A stretch of 64,000 nt of DNA, taken from Psammoneis japonica. Lineage: Eukaryota. The position numbers and the translations under genes are program-made. The stretch covers positions 558,001-622,000 of the forward strand of contig QPGO01000010.1 in the NCBI GenBank assembly GCA_008632985.1, read 5' to 3'. Below the pieces are notes generated by a model, which did no database searches, was not told where the DNA came from, and saw only the letters and a list, made by a program, of their open reading frames with translations. Position 1 is the first letter of the stretch. The number at the start of each line of letters is the position of its first letter. Shown here one piece after another: positions 39,042-52,598 of this stretch.

Positions 39042-39349
39042 CTCTTTCCTTTGACTAATAGCTCTCCCTATCTACAGAGAAAGAGGTTTGCTGAATGTGA
39101 GAGTGATTGCGTTCTACTCAGATGAAGGCATCAGCTACAGTAATCAGCGAGAAGCTGAAGTCCCGCCTGGTTGGCGCGGAATCTCAATCTCCATTTTCAA
39201 GCGTATATATGATTCATGTCCATACACGACTGAGACACCACGACTCGCGACACGAACGACGGGGTCGATGCAGCAGCGCACTAACTGCATCAACTTTTGT
39301 GACTAAGAGCATCCATACGACCAGTTTGCCCGGGTGTTTGCCTCAGACA

Positions 39350-41000
39350 TTAAAGAAAACATCCAGCCCACTTTTGCTCTGATAAATGAATAAAATGAAA
39401 GCCCTTGGGGGCTTCAAAACGGGGAAAGGTGTGAGAAACAACTTTGTTGCAGCTCGGGCGGCCGTGGAGCCAGGAGGAGCAGCTTGGTGTGGTGCAAGCA
39501 AGGTCCCACCCAGAGCTGGAGAGCATCAGATGACAGAAATGCATGTTTTCTGTCATTGTTCAGGTCCTCACACCTCTGGCATTTGGCACACAAAGTGTTG
39601 AGCCTTGAAAGGAAACTCTTTGAGAGGTGGTCCTCTTCTGTTTTTGTTGGGGAAACACAGCAAAAAATTGCAAAATTGACAAGCGAGTCCAAAGTCACTC
39701 CTTGCATCTCAACTAAAAGAGACATGAAACAGCAACAAGCCAGCACCACACACAAAGGCTTTGCAGGCCACCCTCTGACAATGCTGGTGTGCACTCAACA
39801 AGACACCATGATGTGTTTTGTGGTGCCTTGTGCCTTTCTCACCACATGAGAACATCAACATTTGCTTTGCATGAGTGGCAATGCTCTTGAGAAACTTCAC
39901 TTCAACACATGCCAACAAACAAGAGGATCTGAGCAAAGAAAAAGCAGGAGGAGTGAATGGCTTCTCTGGATCTGCTGGCGTCTTTCTTGCTGCTGCTCTG
40001 GCCAAGTGTGTGTGTTGCGCAAGAAGCCAGGCAGTGAAGGGAGTTCACAACAGGGCCCCAAAATGATCTGACTGCTCACCCTGTGGCAAGGGGTGCAGCA
40101 ATTTAGAAAAAGCCAGAATGCATTGAAACCTCAGCAAAGCAATTGATGCATTAAAAATTTCCATGTTGGCAGCACTTGTGTGTGTGTGTGGTGGGCAACA
40201 ATCTCTCTCATGTGATTGGCGCCAGCCCCTGACAGTGTGTGTCTGTTTGCAAAGAGAGTTTGTCACAACATTGATTTTGCAGCACAACATTTCAAAGGAA
40301 ACTCACTGAACAATGAGTTGAGAGCAGTGGTGGTGGTCATGTCGGCACTGTCTGGCAGAGCTGCAGGACATGAAAGGGACAAAAACAACAATCTTTTTTG
40401 CTGTTGCAGCAACTGCACCTTTCAAAGATTGCAGAAACGCCAATTGAAAAATGGCACAGGCTCTTAAAGCCAACACCAACATTTTGGCTTGTTGTCAAAA
40501 GGATGATGATGTTTGGTGTGTGTCTTTTGTGCATTTTTGCGCATCTGTTGCTGCTGTTGCACAGCATCATTTGAGGCAAAGCAGCGCTGCTGGAAAAGCT
40601 CCAGAGAGTCGCCACAGCCAGAGTGCGCACTTCCTCTTGGCTGCCACCAGTGTGCTGAATGCCTCCAGTGTTTGCCAGTGCAGGTCTGTCACAACTTCCT
40701 CAGTTTTCAGGGTGTGTTGGTGTGCACCTTGTGCGCCAGTTGGCTGGCTCTGCTGCTGCAAGACAGGCCCCCCAGCACGCACAGAAAGAGCAACAAACAT
40801 GTGGCGAGTGGTTTCCAGAGGCAAGAAGGGGAGGCAGGCAGTGGCATCCCCACCTCTGATGCTGCACATGCTAGCAGCTGGAAGCACCTGTGGTTGTAAG
40901 CAGTTGTCAACTGTTGTGATTTGTCATCCTTTTGGTCCCAAAGGAAATTCGGTGCGCTCATGCACATCCGCCCTGTGCTGAACCGCCAAAGTCAGTCATG
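39350..41000. repeat. TpA/CpG-depleted intergenic block, probably an eroded transposable element
   Basis: Sharp compositional switch between two normal genes. Only a handful of TA remain. No clear TIR or TSD found. Confidence 0.6.
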
Positions 41001-41316
41001 CGTTCCCTTGGACTCCTTCGACTAAAGCTGAAGAAGAATGACCTTCAGCTCGTGACTGGGCCCTACGGAGAGTCTACATACTATGATCCAGTACAAAACT
41101 GACAGGGAGTAGCATAGGTACTAGAATCGCCTGTGCGTAAGACAAAAGGTCGGTACGAGAAGCCTACGATCAAGATCCGTATTCACCCAAAGATCCCATC
41201 CGTCCGGTACTGAACGCCGTAGACATTACGTAGCTCGCGCTGAGGCGCTTTTGGAAGCAGCACGAAAAAGTGCCGCGAATTCATACCACTAATAACAAAC
41301 TGCCTAGACCGTCACC

Positions 41317-44300
41317 ATGGCGGCAGGGGAGACTCCCCCAAGTGATCCGGGCGAACCATATTCTTGGAATGAAGAGGATCAGCCGCCGGAAGATACCCTT
41401 CAGTTGTGGAGCGAAGTTGCGAACGGCGTGGACAAGAGTCAAACAGGTGCGTCCGACGTCTCGCGCGTAGAAAATGTACTGGGACCACGTACAGGCATCA
41501 GAAGAAAATAACCATGCCCACCTTCGGCTTTGCTTTGTGGGTCTAAACGGTGCAAACAATTTGCGGTATGCGTCTTGTACTTACGCTGATTGGTGTTACT
41601 GTTTTCTGAAATACGCAGTTGTGTGGAAAAATGCAGTCGAATCGCTGGACCAAGCGTATCGTTATCTCGAGACATGCGAACAAAGTCGAATCTTCGTGGA
41701 GAGGTACATGGGACTTATTATTGGCATTCTTGTGGAGCAGCAGCCGGCCAAGATCGGTCAAGTGGAGCGTGGCTGTGTTGAAGACAGCCTGGATAGAGCT
41801 ATCTTGATTGTCGTGAAGGATATTGAAATCCAGCACCTTCGGAAGGGGGAGAGTAAAGTCCTAGAAGTGCTTGCCACTATTTTCAATAAAAAGAAAGCCT
41901 ACTACAAAGGCAGCAAGTCCAGCTGGAACGCAGGCCTGAGTGGTCTTCCTGAGGTCAGATTGCAGATGATTGAGCGCTTCCGTTGTGAGCAAGGGTTCTC
42001 TCGACTTGCGCAGTACCTTTCGGCTCGGGTCTCGTCCTCTACGTTTCCTCAACTCGAATTTATTCACATGATTCTTGTAGCCATTTTCGACGCCTTACCT
42101 AACCGTGCTCAAGGTACTGAGCAAGGAGCTAACGCGAAAGAGATGGAACAAGATGCGATTCTTGTATCACGCGCTGTCATGGATTTCATCAGCAACGCAA
42201 GCGATGCAATGTTGAAGAAAATTCAGCATGACGTTCTCGGTACTATACGATTGGATCTCCAGCGAATCTTTGATCGTCTCATTAGTACTCATCGAAAAAG
42301 TGCTTATGCCTTTTATGAATTTTGGCGGCAGCTCACGCTCAAGCTCATCATGTCGCCCTCGCTTCCGTTGAGACTTTTCGGCTGGGATCAAGTATCTGAT
42401 CTGATTGTTGCAAGCGCAGACCATCGCCCACCTCACAAAGTCTTTATGGTATCTGGTGGGGGGAGTACTTTTGTGAATGGGCCGTACAAGTTCCATGGAA
42501 CGATTGGCAAAGCGGGTTACGTTCCGAAGGGATCGGAAATCAGCTACGTTAGAACGCTCCCGGCGTCTGGTGATGACAAGGAAGGGAAGAAGTTAACTCT
42601 TTTTCGCTGTACCATGCGGTCACACCAGAAGTGGTGGTTTCTTTCGGAGGCTGACGAAGAACAACCTGGAACGGATAAGGATATCGATTATTACCAGCAC
42701 AAATCAAAGCCTCACGAGGAGAGGGAACCGCCTGCATCTGGATGGGTTACTTGCCGAAGCGCTGGGGCGGACCCTCCTCCGACTCTGAAAGGCCGAGGCA
42801 TTGTTGTTCCACACGGCGAAGAATACAACACGCTCGAACATCAGCTGGCGAGGTGGGCGATCGAGAACAGCATACTTTTGCATGTTCTTGGCGACTCGAT
42901 TCACCGAGAAGTCGTTTCTCGTTCTACTCCTCTTATCAAATTCCTTGCTTCCATGTGTGAAAGAGACGAGCCGGTAGAAGGTATGGCCCAGAGGCCGAAT
43001 GCGTATTGTCTACACAGCCGACATCTTCAGCTCGCTTGGAAGACTTGTACCAGCAAGACTGACGCGGCGGTATCCGATGAGGTGTACCAACTCCTTGTAT
43101 CCATTTTACCATCACTTCCAAACTCCCTTGCAATACCACTCATTCGGTCCATTCAGACTTCACTCAAGGACAAAAGTGAGAATCAAGACTACTTGTTTGA
43201 GACTGCTGAATTCTGCAGCGCTCTTGCCTCAGCGAATCCGGTTGATCCAAAGGCCGCGAATGCCGGCGTAGAAGTCCTGTCGAACGAAGTCAGGAAAGAG
43301 GTGCTGCAGCTCCTTTGGGCAGTCCTTATTCATCCCGATGCGAAAAATCTCAAATCGTATGAGAATCTAAAGCGATATTTTGCTAGCGAACTTCGGGTTG
43401 AGCCAGAGGGTAGTGGTCATCGTAGCGGCTTTTTGGAATCATGCCGACGCGGTTTGTCAAAGAATGCCAAGAAAACCAGTGGCGGAGATGTAGTGAACGA
43501 AGCTCTTGCGCTGCGAATGGTGAAGCTAACAATGTTCATATTGGAAGCAAGCCCAAGGGAACAGGCTGTACAGTTTGTAAACAGTGACCAAGGCGCTTTA
43601 CCGACGTTGCTTTTCAATGAATTGACATCTTATCTTGTTCGACGTATGCAGCCTCGCGAGTTGGCTCGAAAAGTAAGTGCGCGTAAAGCGGTGTGCAGAT
43701 TTATACTCCTATCTACGCATAAAGTCTTTCTAATGTACGGGTGTTTTCAACTGAATAGAATTCAACTTCTTCTGCAACGGAGGAACATTCAAATGCTTTG
43801 AGAGAGCGGTTGAAGATTATCAGATATGCGTTTGGCCTTGCAGACCGGGTGAAGATGAATGAGGAACAGGTGGGTCAGCTGTGGAAACTTGCGACTAGCA
43901 ACGCCGATAGAGAGGCAATGATGGTGTTCGTGGCTGATGCATCTAGTTCTGGACACAACTTCAACATCGGGGCACCCGCAGTTCAGGAGAATCCTGAAAT
44001 CTCTCCGCAGCAGAAGCAAAATCAGCAGCGCCAGCAGCAACAGCAGAAGAACGTAACGATTCAGGGCCCACAGATTATCGGGGCTGCGTTCCCAGACGAT
44101 GTCCGCTCCTTTGCGTTCCAGCAGTTGTTCTGTTCGTTGTCTATGAACTGGAATGAGCTCGGAGAAGAGGCATATCAAAGCTTTCAGAGAATGTTCCGGA
44201 AGTCTGACGCCGTTTCGATGGATCCGGATGGGCCCGCTCTCAATGCTCTGTGGCGTATTTGCCTTGTGACCAGCAATGACGCCGTTGCATCTCAGGCGAT

Positions 44301-47300
44301 GAAAGACCTTTTGGCGGTGTATGGGGCGATGTCAACGGGAGTCACAGCGATAGCATGCAGACAGACATAGGAACAGAGAATTTTGGAAAACGAGTTTTCG
44401 CTTGTCTTGTGGAAGTGAAGGAAGGACTAGAGAATGGCGACCCGTCCTCTGAGCGATCGGCGGAGCGATGTTTGAGAATACTGAATGCCGCCGTCGACTG
44501 CGGCAGCAGTGGCAGTTCTGTCACACGTACCATGCTAGCTTCAATTTCATCCATGGCAAAGGAGGGAAATCTAACCGGAGCTCTGAAGCCGCTTCCTCAC
44601 GGCGTGAGAAGTCAAGCGTGCTACAGGAGAATCGGGGTAATGGCGAAGCGCACGTCACCGCCTAACCAAGGCGTTGTTCAGACGATGACACCAAAAGGCT
44701 CTCGGGGTCGGGAAGAAAATTTGGCGCCGGCCCAGTCCAACGGTGGCGGTCATCGAAACTCACCAACCGTTCGTTTCCACCTCGACGTACATCCGCTTGA
44801 GACTCTGGTATCGGTGAAAATGAAAGTTGCTAATTACTGCAAGTGTTCACCGTCTTCAGTTAAGCCCATTTCAGTGAGTGGGCGGTTAGCCGGCACCCGG
44901 TCGCCGAACGATTCCTCTCAGATGAGTCTGAACGTAGTTCCTGATGACTCGTTGGTTGATCAGCTCGGGATTGTGCAAGGCTGTGAGATGGTTTTGTAAT
45001 CAATGATAGACAGGTTCAGCCAAACCCGAACGTTCCATCCAACAAAGTTGGGGCTTCGAAAGGTCCAACGCTTGAGCTCAGTGAGATTTTCCACAGTGGA
45101 CCTAACGGATATTCTGACAGATTATTCGAAACCTTGCTTGGGGTTCTTGAAGCACTACCTGAAACGTCAAACCAAGCCGTGGACACTCGCAAACATGTTT
45201 GGGATCTACTTTTGGCTATGCCCACCAACGTACGCATATCGAAAAAAGTAAGGTCTACCGCTGAGAAGGGGAACGCACAAGTCGGATCGAAAATCGACGG
45301 GGACGCAATGATCGTTGATATCCCACTTGATCTCTGGACCAAGCTCCTCGATCTAAGGAGCTTTCACCACTCTGTGTATGTCATGCAAGTTATTGATGCG
45401 CTCCTCCAGCCAGCACCGGAGGTACTTTGTTCTCTGCCTTCCGACGAAAGGAGGGTTCTGGAGAAAACTATGCAGACAGAATCTGCGTCTTTTCGCATCG
45501 GGTTCATTCATTCTGGCGGCTTCGATGCTGTTGTCCGTTTTTTCTCGGGGTCCGGTAGACACAGAAGAGGCAGAGCTACAATGGCCAACGCGGTTGCGTT
45601 GAGAATTTTGAAATGCTGCTTGTTCGGTAACGGTTTGCGCAGTGGCGAGCATTCTTCTGGTGGCTTAGACGAAGCGGGTGCTCAGCTTCTTGATTCGTTG
45701 TCTGAAAAAGAAGGTCTTCTGAAAAGTCTCGTAAAAGTTGTCATCGACGACGAAGGCATCTCAAGCGCTGCCATTGGGGATGTGCAGAAATTCCTTCGCC
45801 AACTGTTTCGAAATCCTCGTGCGACGGAAGCATTTGTATCGCTCCCAAATGGTATGGCGGAGCAATTCGTCATCACTCTCATTTTGTGGGAAGGAGGGCC
45901 CGAGGCGACTCGTACAAATTCTGCGACTAGAATCCGAAAGAATACCCAAGACTTGATTCTGAGCAACTCGGCGTTAGCAACTCGTTCCTTGCCTTGGTTG
46001 ATCAGCGCCATGGATAAGAAAGTTGATGTGACATCGGATTGCTCATCCGAGTACTTCGCTGTTTTAAGAAAGCTTGTTCAGGCCGATGGAGAGAAGGCAG
46101 TGGCATCGCCGTCGCACTTGCGAGATCTTGGAACAACGGTGTGCAGTAAGCTTGCATCCTGCCCTCGACCCACCAGCGACAGCGCCTTGATTGACTATTC
46201 TACAGGGGTATTGTGTGGTTGTTTAAAGCTTATGCGTGCCCTGATTGAAATTGGCGGAGGGGCTGCGCTTCGCCCCGGCACAACCCTCCTACTCCAAAGC
46301 GTTGGTGTGAAACGGTGGTCTGATAACGGATCAATGTCTAGTAGGGGGCTCCTTGGCAGGATGTCGATGCCATTTCGATCTAGATTGAAACCCGAGGACC
46401 TAACGCTCATAGACTTAATGGGCGGTATTTTTGATGGCTTTCTCACACCGGGTGGGTCGTCGTCTGTCGTTTCTATATGTTGTGATAAGGAGTCACGTCA
46501 ACTTGGATTCGACATTGTCGGGGCGGCGGCGAGGTCTTCCTCAAGCAGTGGTGGTTACTTTGCGCTAGTTTCGAGAATTGAAGGTATCATTGGCTCCGCC
46601 GCCCCCTTCCTGCGGCACAGATGGGGACACAACGGAGGAACGGATGATGGTCACAATCGCCCTTTGAGGAGTTCGTCCAAGTACTCAGGTCTTAAGAACC
46701 AAGGCTGCACCTGCTACATGAATTCAGTGCTCCAGCAACTTTTTATGATGCCAGGACTTCGGTCTAGTTTATGCGCGGCCACTCTTCCTTCCGTCTTACG
46801 TACTTCAGGTGGAGGACAATGCGTGAAAGGATCGGAACTGGTGGGAAAGAAGATTTCTCTCCAGTGGGACAGCGGCGTTTCTTACGATGCCGTTGTCGAA
46901 GGATTTGACGAAACAACTGGGATGCACACCATCCGATACTGTCCAATGCAAGTTGCAACCGTTGGTGGCACCGGCCACCAACAGGTGAACCCCGACGAAG
47001 TTGCGAGTCTTCCTCGGGAAATGCCTGACGAGTTCTTCCTTTCAGAGGGCCGTCCAGGTAGAGAGACCGGCGTGTTTGAAGTCGTGGACACAACAACGCA
47101 AGGCACCGCCGGGGATGCACCTGCAGTCGCTGGAGAGAAGTCTACAGAAAGGAAGGTTCGTCGACCTTCCGTTGGAGGTATTGAAGAGACTGAAGATGAA
47201 GCATCGTCGAGGCATTTGTTGGAAGAGGTGCAACGCACATTTATCCATTTAGACGAAGGTTCTCGAGGACGCCCGTTTGATCCTCGAGCCTTCGTGGAAG

Positions 47301-50300
47301 CCTGCAATTGTCTCAAGTTGGAATTCGACGTGTGGCAGCAGAACGATGCATCTGAATTTGCGATGAAACTACTTGACAGGCTGGAGATCGCGCTGAAGAG
47401 GTGGTCGCCAAGCAACTTCAAGTATTTGGAGCACACTTTTGGTTTGAAACAAACGAAACAGAAGTTGTGTAAAGAGTGCCAGCTCAAGGTATGCACACTA
47501 CTTTTGCCCGCTCGAAATTTGGCTTTCTTTCGATTCTCCATGTTGTATCTAACATAATTTCTCACCTTTGGTTGCAAACATCAGACTAATCGAGAGGAAA
47601 ATCTTATGAGTATTGACTGTCAAATTCGAGGGAAATCCGATATCCACGAAGCCCTAGCAACGATGTGTGATGTTGAGTATATGGAGGGCGACAACAAAGT
47701 CTTCTGCGACCGCTGCAAAAGGAATACTGATACGGTGCTTCGAACTGCAATCTCAGCTCTTCCAGATATGCTTATTTTGTCTCTCAAGCGTTTTGATCTA
47801 GATTACAACACATTCGAAACGGTGAAGCTCAATAGTCGCTGTGCATTCGGTCAAACTTTGAATATGAAAAGGTATACACTCGAAGGAGTAGATGCCATGG
47901 AACAAGCAAATGTTGACGGCGCTTCACCGATGGACACGGACGATGGAACCAATGACCCGTTGAGCTCTCTTCCCGATGAAGATTATGAATACAAACTTGC
48001 GGGGGTTCTTGTTCATGCCGGGGTTGCTCAGGGTGGTCATTACTACAGTTTCATAAGGGACCGCTTCACCGCCAAGGGAGACGACGAGCCAGACAAGTGG
48101 TATCGTTTCGATGATGACGATGTTACTCCGTTCGATCCTTCTTTAATAGAGGCAGAGTGCTTCGGTGGTAAGGTGAAGAAAGAAACCAAATTTTCATCTG
48201 GGCAGGTACACACTGTTGAGAGCGAGCAATTCGCCAATGCCCTTATGGTCTTTTATGAGAAGGTTAAGCCCGCCAAGCGCCCTGAGGAAAAAGGGAAGGA
48301 GAAGAAAGAACCCAAGACGAAGCAACGGATTGCGGACCAGAAGCTAGAAAAATCCAGCGGGTATGACGTGTTCGAAGCCGATGTTCGACGTTCCAATGCT
48401 ACACATCGATGGCAAACATTTCTGTTTGATGCCGAATTCCAGTCGTTCCTGAAGGGCTTACTGGGATTCTGCTTCTTGACGCGGAACGACATCGATCGGA
48501 TGGATGTCTCATCAGCTACCACAGCTACTGGACTCTTGCCGGATAGTGAGACTGAAGAATCTTGGCGCACGGCGCTTGTACAAATGCTTCTCCTGTTCGT
48601 GTATGATATTCTGCTCTACTCTGCCGATAAGGGAGCTCTAGATTATTGGGTAAACAAGTTATCAGAAGGCATGAAAAGCAACAGAGAGATTGCCAAGACT
48701 TTTCTTCAGGTTCTCGCAAAGAAGACAAAAACTGTCAGCGCTAATTGGCTGCGTACCTACCTTGCTGACTGCCCTGAATCAGACTCCCGCGTCGCTGCAT
48801 CGCGAATCTTCAGCGCTGCAATCGTGTCGTGCGCTTCAGACGAGAGGGAGCAGGCGGCGCTCAGGCGGTGGTCACAAGCATGGCGGGAGCAGATTGCAAC
48901 GCAGCGAAAGGTCTCCATAAGATTGGAAGGCGAATTTCAGCACCTCGAAGACTTAGAATCCGACGATGCATCTACTATCGGGGTGATTGCCTCTCATTTG
49001 ACTGCGCTTCTCGAAGTGTTGTCTCGGACATGGCGTTACACATCCGACTTCTGTTTGTTTCTGAGAGATTTGAGCAGCACCGAGACAGTTTCTGGTGACG
49101 CACTCCGTGAAGCCTTGGTAGAATGTCAGATCCCAGCTCGACTTATGTGCCTGGTAACTCGCGAGAGATCGCCACCGCCGTTGAAGGCAGCTTTTCCCGG
49201 CGAATCTGCTTCTATCGACGTTGTCGAAACACAGATAAGACCTGAGACGAATCCTACTTCTCACTGATGCCGTTGAGTGGGAACCAACTAATGAATACCT
49301 CGGACTTGAACTCCAGGGGTGCATCACCCAGCGGATCAGACTTCGTCACTTTATTTGAAACATTGGGTTGCCTATTGCGTGTGGAAGGCATCAAACTGGC
49401 AGACCTTGTGGTTGAGACGCAAGACGCAACAAGAATGCGCCATCGCGTCGCCCTAACCGATGCTGCTTCAGAAGCACTACGGACCATTTTCGGCGATAGT
49501 GCAGATCCAGGATCAAAGCTAATGGGCGCTACGACGTTGAAAAGTATTTAAGAACATGCGGTGTCGACTCGTCGGCAGTGCCACCTCAGCGAATCGTTGA
49601 TATTTTGGCGAAGTACCATGCAGCAGACAATGGAAACGGTCCCAAAGGCAACTTTTTGGGCGTCGAGGGTTTCCTTGCTTACTACCGGGATACCGCGCAG
49701 ACAAATGAAGCTCGGGTAAGTAACTCGACTGAGACGGCAGTGAGTCTTGCGTTTCGTTCTCTCTGTTTTGCGCAGCTAACTCATCTGATAATCTCGATCT
49801 TACTTCCAGGTGCGATCGGACCTTCACACCTTTGGATTCCGTCCTGATCTATCCCGTCGTTCCCGAGAGGCTAGAGTTTTTGATTCTGGTGGAGGTCACG
49901 AGCAACTTTATTCCACAGTTGAAAGTGTGACTGCCGACGTCACTTCGAGCCAAAAGCAAAAGGGCTGTGTGATGCTTGGCCCGCTAGCTGATATTGGTCT
50001 TCATTGTTTCCATTTGTTCGCTTATGCGTACAGTGCAAGTGAAATTCTCGCTGAGCACATCCTAGCTGCCTCTGCGTACGAGAAGGATACGTCTGATTTA
50101 ATAAATGGCACGCTGAAGGCGTTGTATCGCGCACCAGCAGGTTGGGCGGGGAATGAGACATGGAATTCGGCTGTTATGGTAAGCGCTTTCGTTATATGAT
50201 CTTAGACGTGCCTACGCTTTTGCCGCCTTGCTAACGCCGCATTGTTATTTTTTTCGGGCTAGGTGTTGAAAATTCTCTCGGCACTACCGGACAGTCGACA

Positions 50301-51120
50301 ACAGGCACGCATCACCTTAGTAATGAACAGCCCGGAAAAACCCAACAACATTGCTGATCACGGCGCGGGTCTACTAGTTGCTGCACGTGCATTCTACGGA
50401 GCTCGGTCGCCTCAGCACTACTCCAATGATGCCCAATACGCATTTGACAGGTACTTGGACGTGATAAAGGAGTTGATCAGGCTCCGGGCGGTGTCACAAT
50501 GGATGTCGAACAACCGGCAGCTATGGACTTGGATGGAGCGAGAACTAGTCTCTTCCGGTGAAGGCCACCCATCGCACCAGCAGATGAGAGGTGACATGAC
50601 TGGAGTGCGAGAAGGCGACATGGATCACCAGCACTCGGACTCGGATATGCCCGGTATGCAAGACTCGGACGAAGAAGACGACTACGTGGATATGAATTTT
50701 TTGCCCGGCCATTCAGCAGTTCATGTTGAGAGAGCTGGAATCCCTGAAGTCAACGGCACGTATGAACAAGCGGGAGCATTCGATGGTGCTGGAAAGTTCA
50801 TTAAGGAAGGTGTTTGGGAAAAGCGCCAAGTTGTTTTCTCGCTGTTTCGATGCCACGTGAGCGACAACTCGAGACGCTGGTACATCTCTGTTGTGCCCAG
50901 AGGCCTGCAGCCAGGGACCAACACTGACATTGATTTCTACACTGCGCCAGCAGCAGATGACCCGCGAGCAGTAACGCCTCCCGAGCACGGCTGGGGAACT
51001 GCCGGAGTAGGAAGGGATCCGCCTCCTCAGCTGATATTGAGCTCAGACGACGAAGAAGGTCGAACATCAAATCTTGGAGATGACATGCGTGACGGCGACA
51101 GTGGGAACATGTACATTTAA
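41317..51120 (+). CDS. Ubiquitin-specific protease, USP9/24/34 (fat-facets-like) type
   Basis: Cys box 'GLKNQGCTCYMNSVLQQL', 'QQNDASEF', His box 'VHAGVAQGGHYYS' and 'WYRFDD'. Introns at 41447-41618, 43673-43758, 47489-47584, 49716-49809 and 50179-50262. Four apparent 1-nt frameshifts near 44340, 44995, 49265 and 49525. Confidence 0.92.
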
Positions 51121-51254
51121 GTGACGACGGATGAAGTTCGAAACGCAAAGGACTGGACGTAAGCATTATAATGTTATGTGTATGAAAGCGCCGTTTTACA
51201 TCTATGTGTAACTATGCACTACGTTACTTCACAAGCTGATTCAGACTACCGGTA

Positions 51255-52598
51255 TTACTTGCACTCGAACCTTTTGCTCTCGGCGTCTGCGGTAAGTCTT
51301 TGTGATTGCAACTGACTAATGGAATCATCAAGAAAATCTAGGTATGTCTTTTTGTCAAAGCTCCCGCGGAAGAAGTTGCAACTCAGATTGACTTCAAGAA
51401 GACAAACCGGGAGTTTCGGATCTGCGCTAAGGACAACATCCCACCCAGCCAACGGAACGTCTGGACAAAGTTTGAGGTGGGATTCCTCCACCAGTTTCAA
51501 CATGCCGGCAATGTCAGGCACAGAGTTCCCCGAAACGACTATGTCTCCGTCGGGATGGGTCTTGTATCCGTGACTTGAACGCCAGGGACAACGTCCGGGT
51601 AGCGCCTCATGTAAGCCAAGACGATACCAGTGAGCATTTGTAGTGCCACCACGAATTAAACCCGTCTTGACGTCCACATCAAAAAGAATGGAATCGTGAT
51701 CGGTTTGAGCATTAGCTCGGCCGGCACGAAAGACGCAACTCAAAGCCGTGACGTCTCCCGCCTTTGGCTTCTCACTCAAGTTTATGGATGCCCGGCTTTG
51801 GGTAATGACTCGGAACGTGGACAGAGGTGCGCTGGGTGGCAAGAGAGACGAGACCCAGTCGCTGTTTTGAATGCGTTCCTGGATAATCCAGTCACCCCCA
51901 TCAGTGGCATTCTTGTAGAAAAAGATACCCATACCTCCTTCCTCGTTTCTGTGCTTGACTACGATGCCTGGAGTCTTGAGAAAGGGTGAGACGGGGACTC
52001 CGCGTTGTGCCCCCTCTTCTAAGAACGTCCACTTGTTCTCCATATCATACCCATCAGGCATGTCATTGAGGAGAGAATGCAAACCAACCAGACGGCAGTT
52101 CAGACGCCAGTACGAAAACCAGTCGTCTGGTGCCAATAACCTTGTAGCATATTCTTTCGAAATACTGGACTTGAATCGCGTCTTGAGCCAATATTGAACG
52201 GATGCCACGAGGCTTACAATGGGGTATGACGTGAGAACAAAGCCCAGCGCTACAATTTTGCTTCGGACAAACAAGGACATAGGAATACCGGTACCCGGGA
52301 TAGCAACGTTCCGTAGATTATCGACCAGATCGTCCTTGTAGGAACCTTTGCGGTAGTGAGGCTTGTTGTAAAGGTAGAACGCAGACGCAAGACCGAACAG
52401 GTGGATCCTTGCATGCTGCTTAAACAGAGCTTCTTCTTCTGTATCGGTTTCTTCAGGGAGAAAGTAAGGAAACGTCGAGTCTGCTCCCAGTAGATACGGT
52501 GATTTACGACCCGATCCAAGGAGGTAGTGAAGAAATCCTCCGTAGAAGCGAGACGTTGTCTTGAGCAGACGAACTGGTAGCGAGAGAGCTTGGCCCAT
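51255..52598 (-). CDS. ATP-grasp fold protein (sugar-transfer-associated / alpha-L-glutamate ligase-like)
   Basis: Motifs 'ENKWTF', 'VVKHRNEEGGMGI', 'WIIQERIQN', 'STFRVIT', 'AGWDVVL', 'LLEVN'. Likely start is MGQALS at 52598. Confidence 0.8.
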   Translation of the reverse strand: MGQALSLPVRLLKTTSRFYGGFLHYLLGSGRKSPYLLGADSTFPYFLPEETDTEEEALFKQHARIHLFGLASAFYLYNKPHYRKGSYKDDLVDNLRNVAIPGTGIPMSLFVRSKIVALGFVLTSYPIVSLVASVQYWLKTRFKSSISKEYATRLLAPDDWFSYWRLNCRLVGLHSLLNDMPDGYDMENKWTFLEEGAQRGVPVSPFLKTPGIVVKHRNEEGGMGIFFYKNATDGGDWIIQERIQNSDWVSSLLPPSAPLSTFRVITQSRASINLSEKPKAGDVTALSCVFRAGRANAQTDHDSILFDVDVKTGLIRGGTTNAHWYRLGLHEALPGRCPWRSSHGYKTHPDGDIVVSGNSVPDIAGMLKLVEESHLKLCPDVPLAGWDVVLSADPKLPVCLLEVNLSCNFFRGSFDKKTYLDFLDDSISQLQSQRLTADAESKRFECK

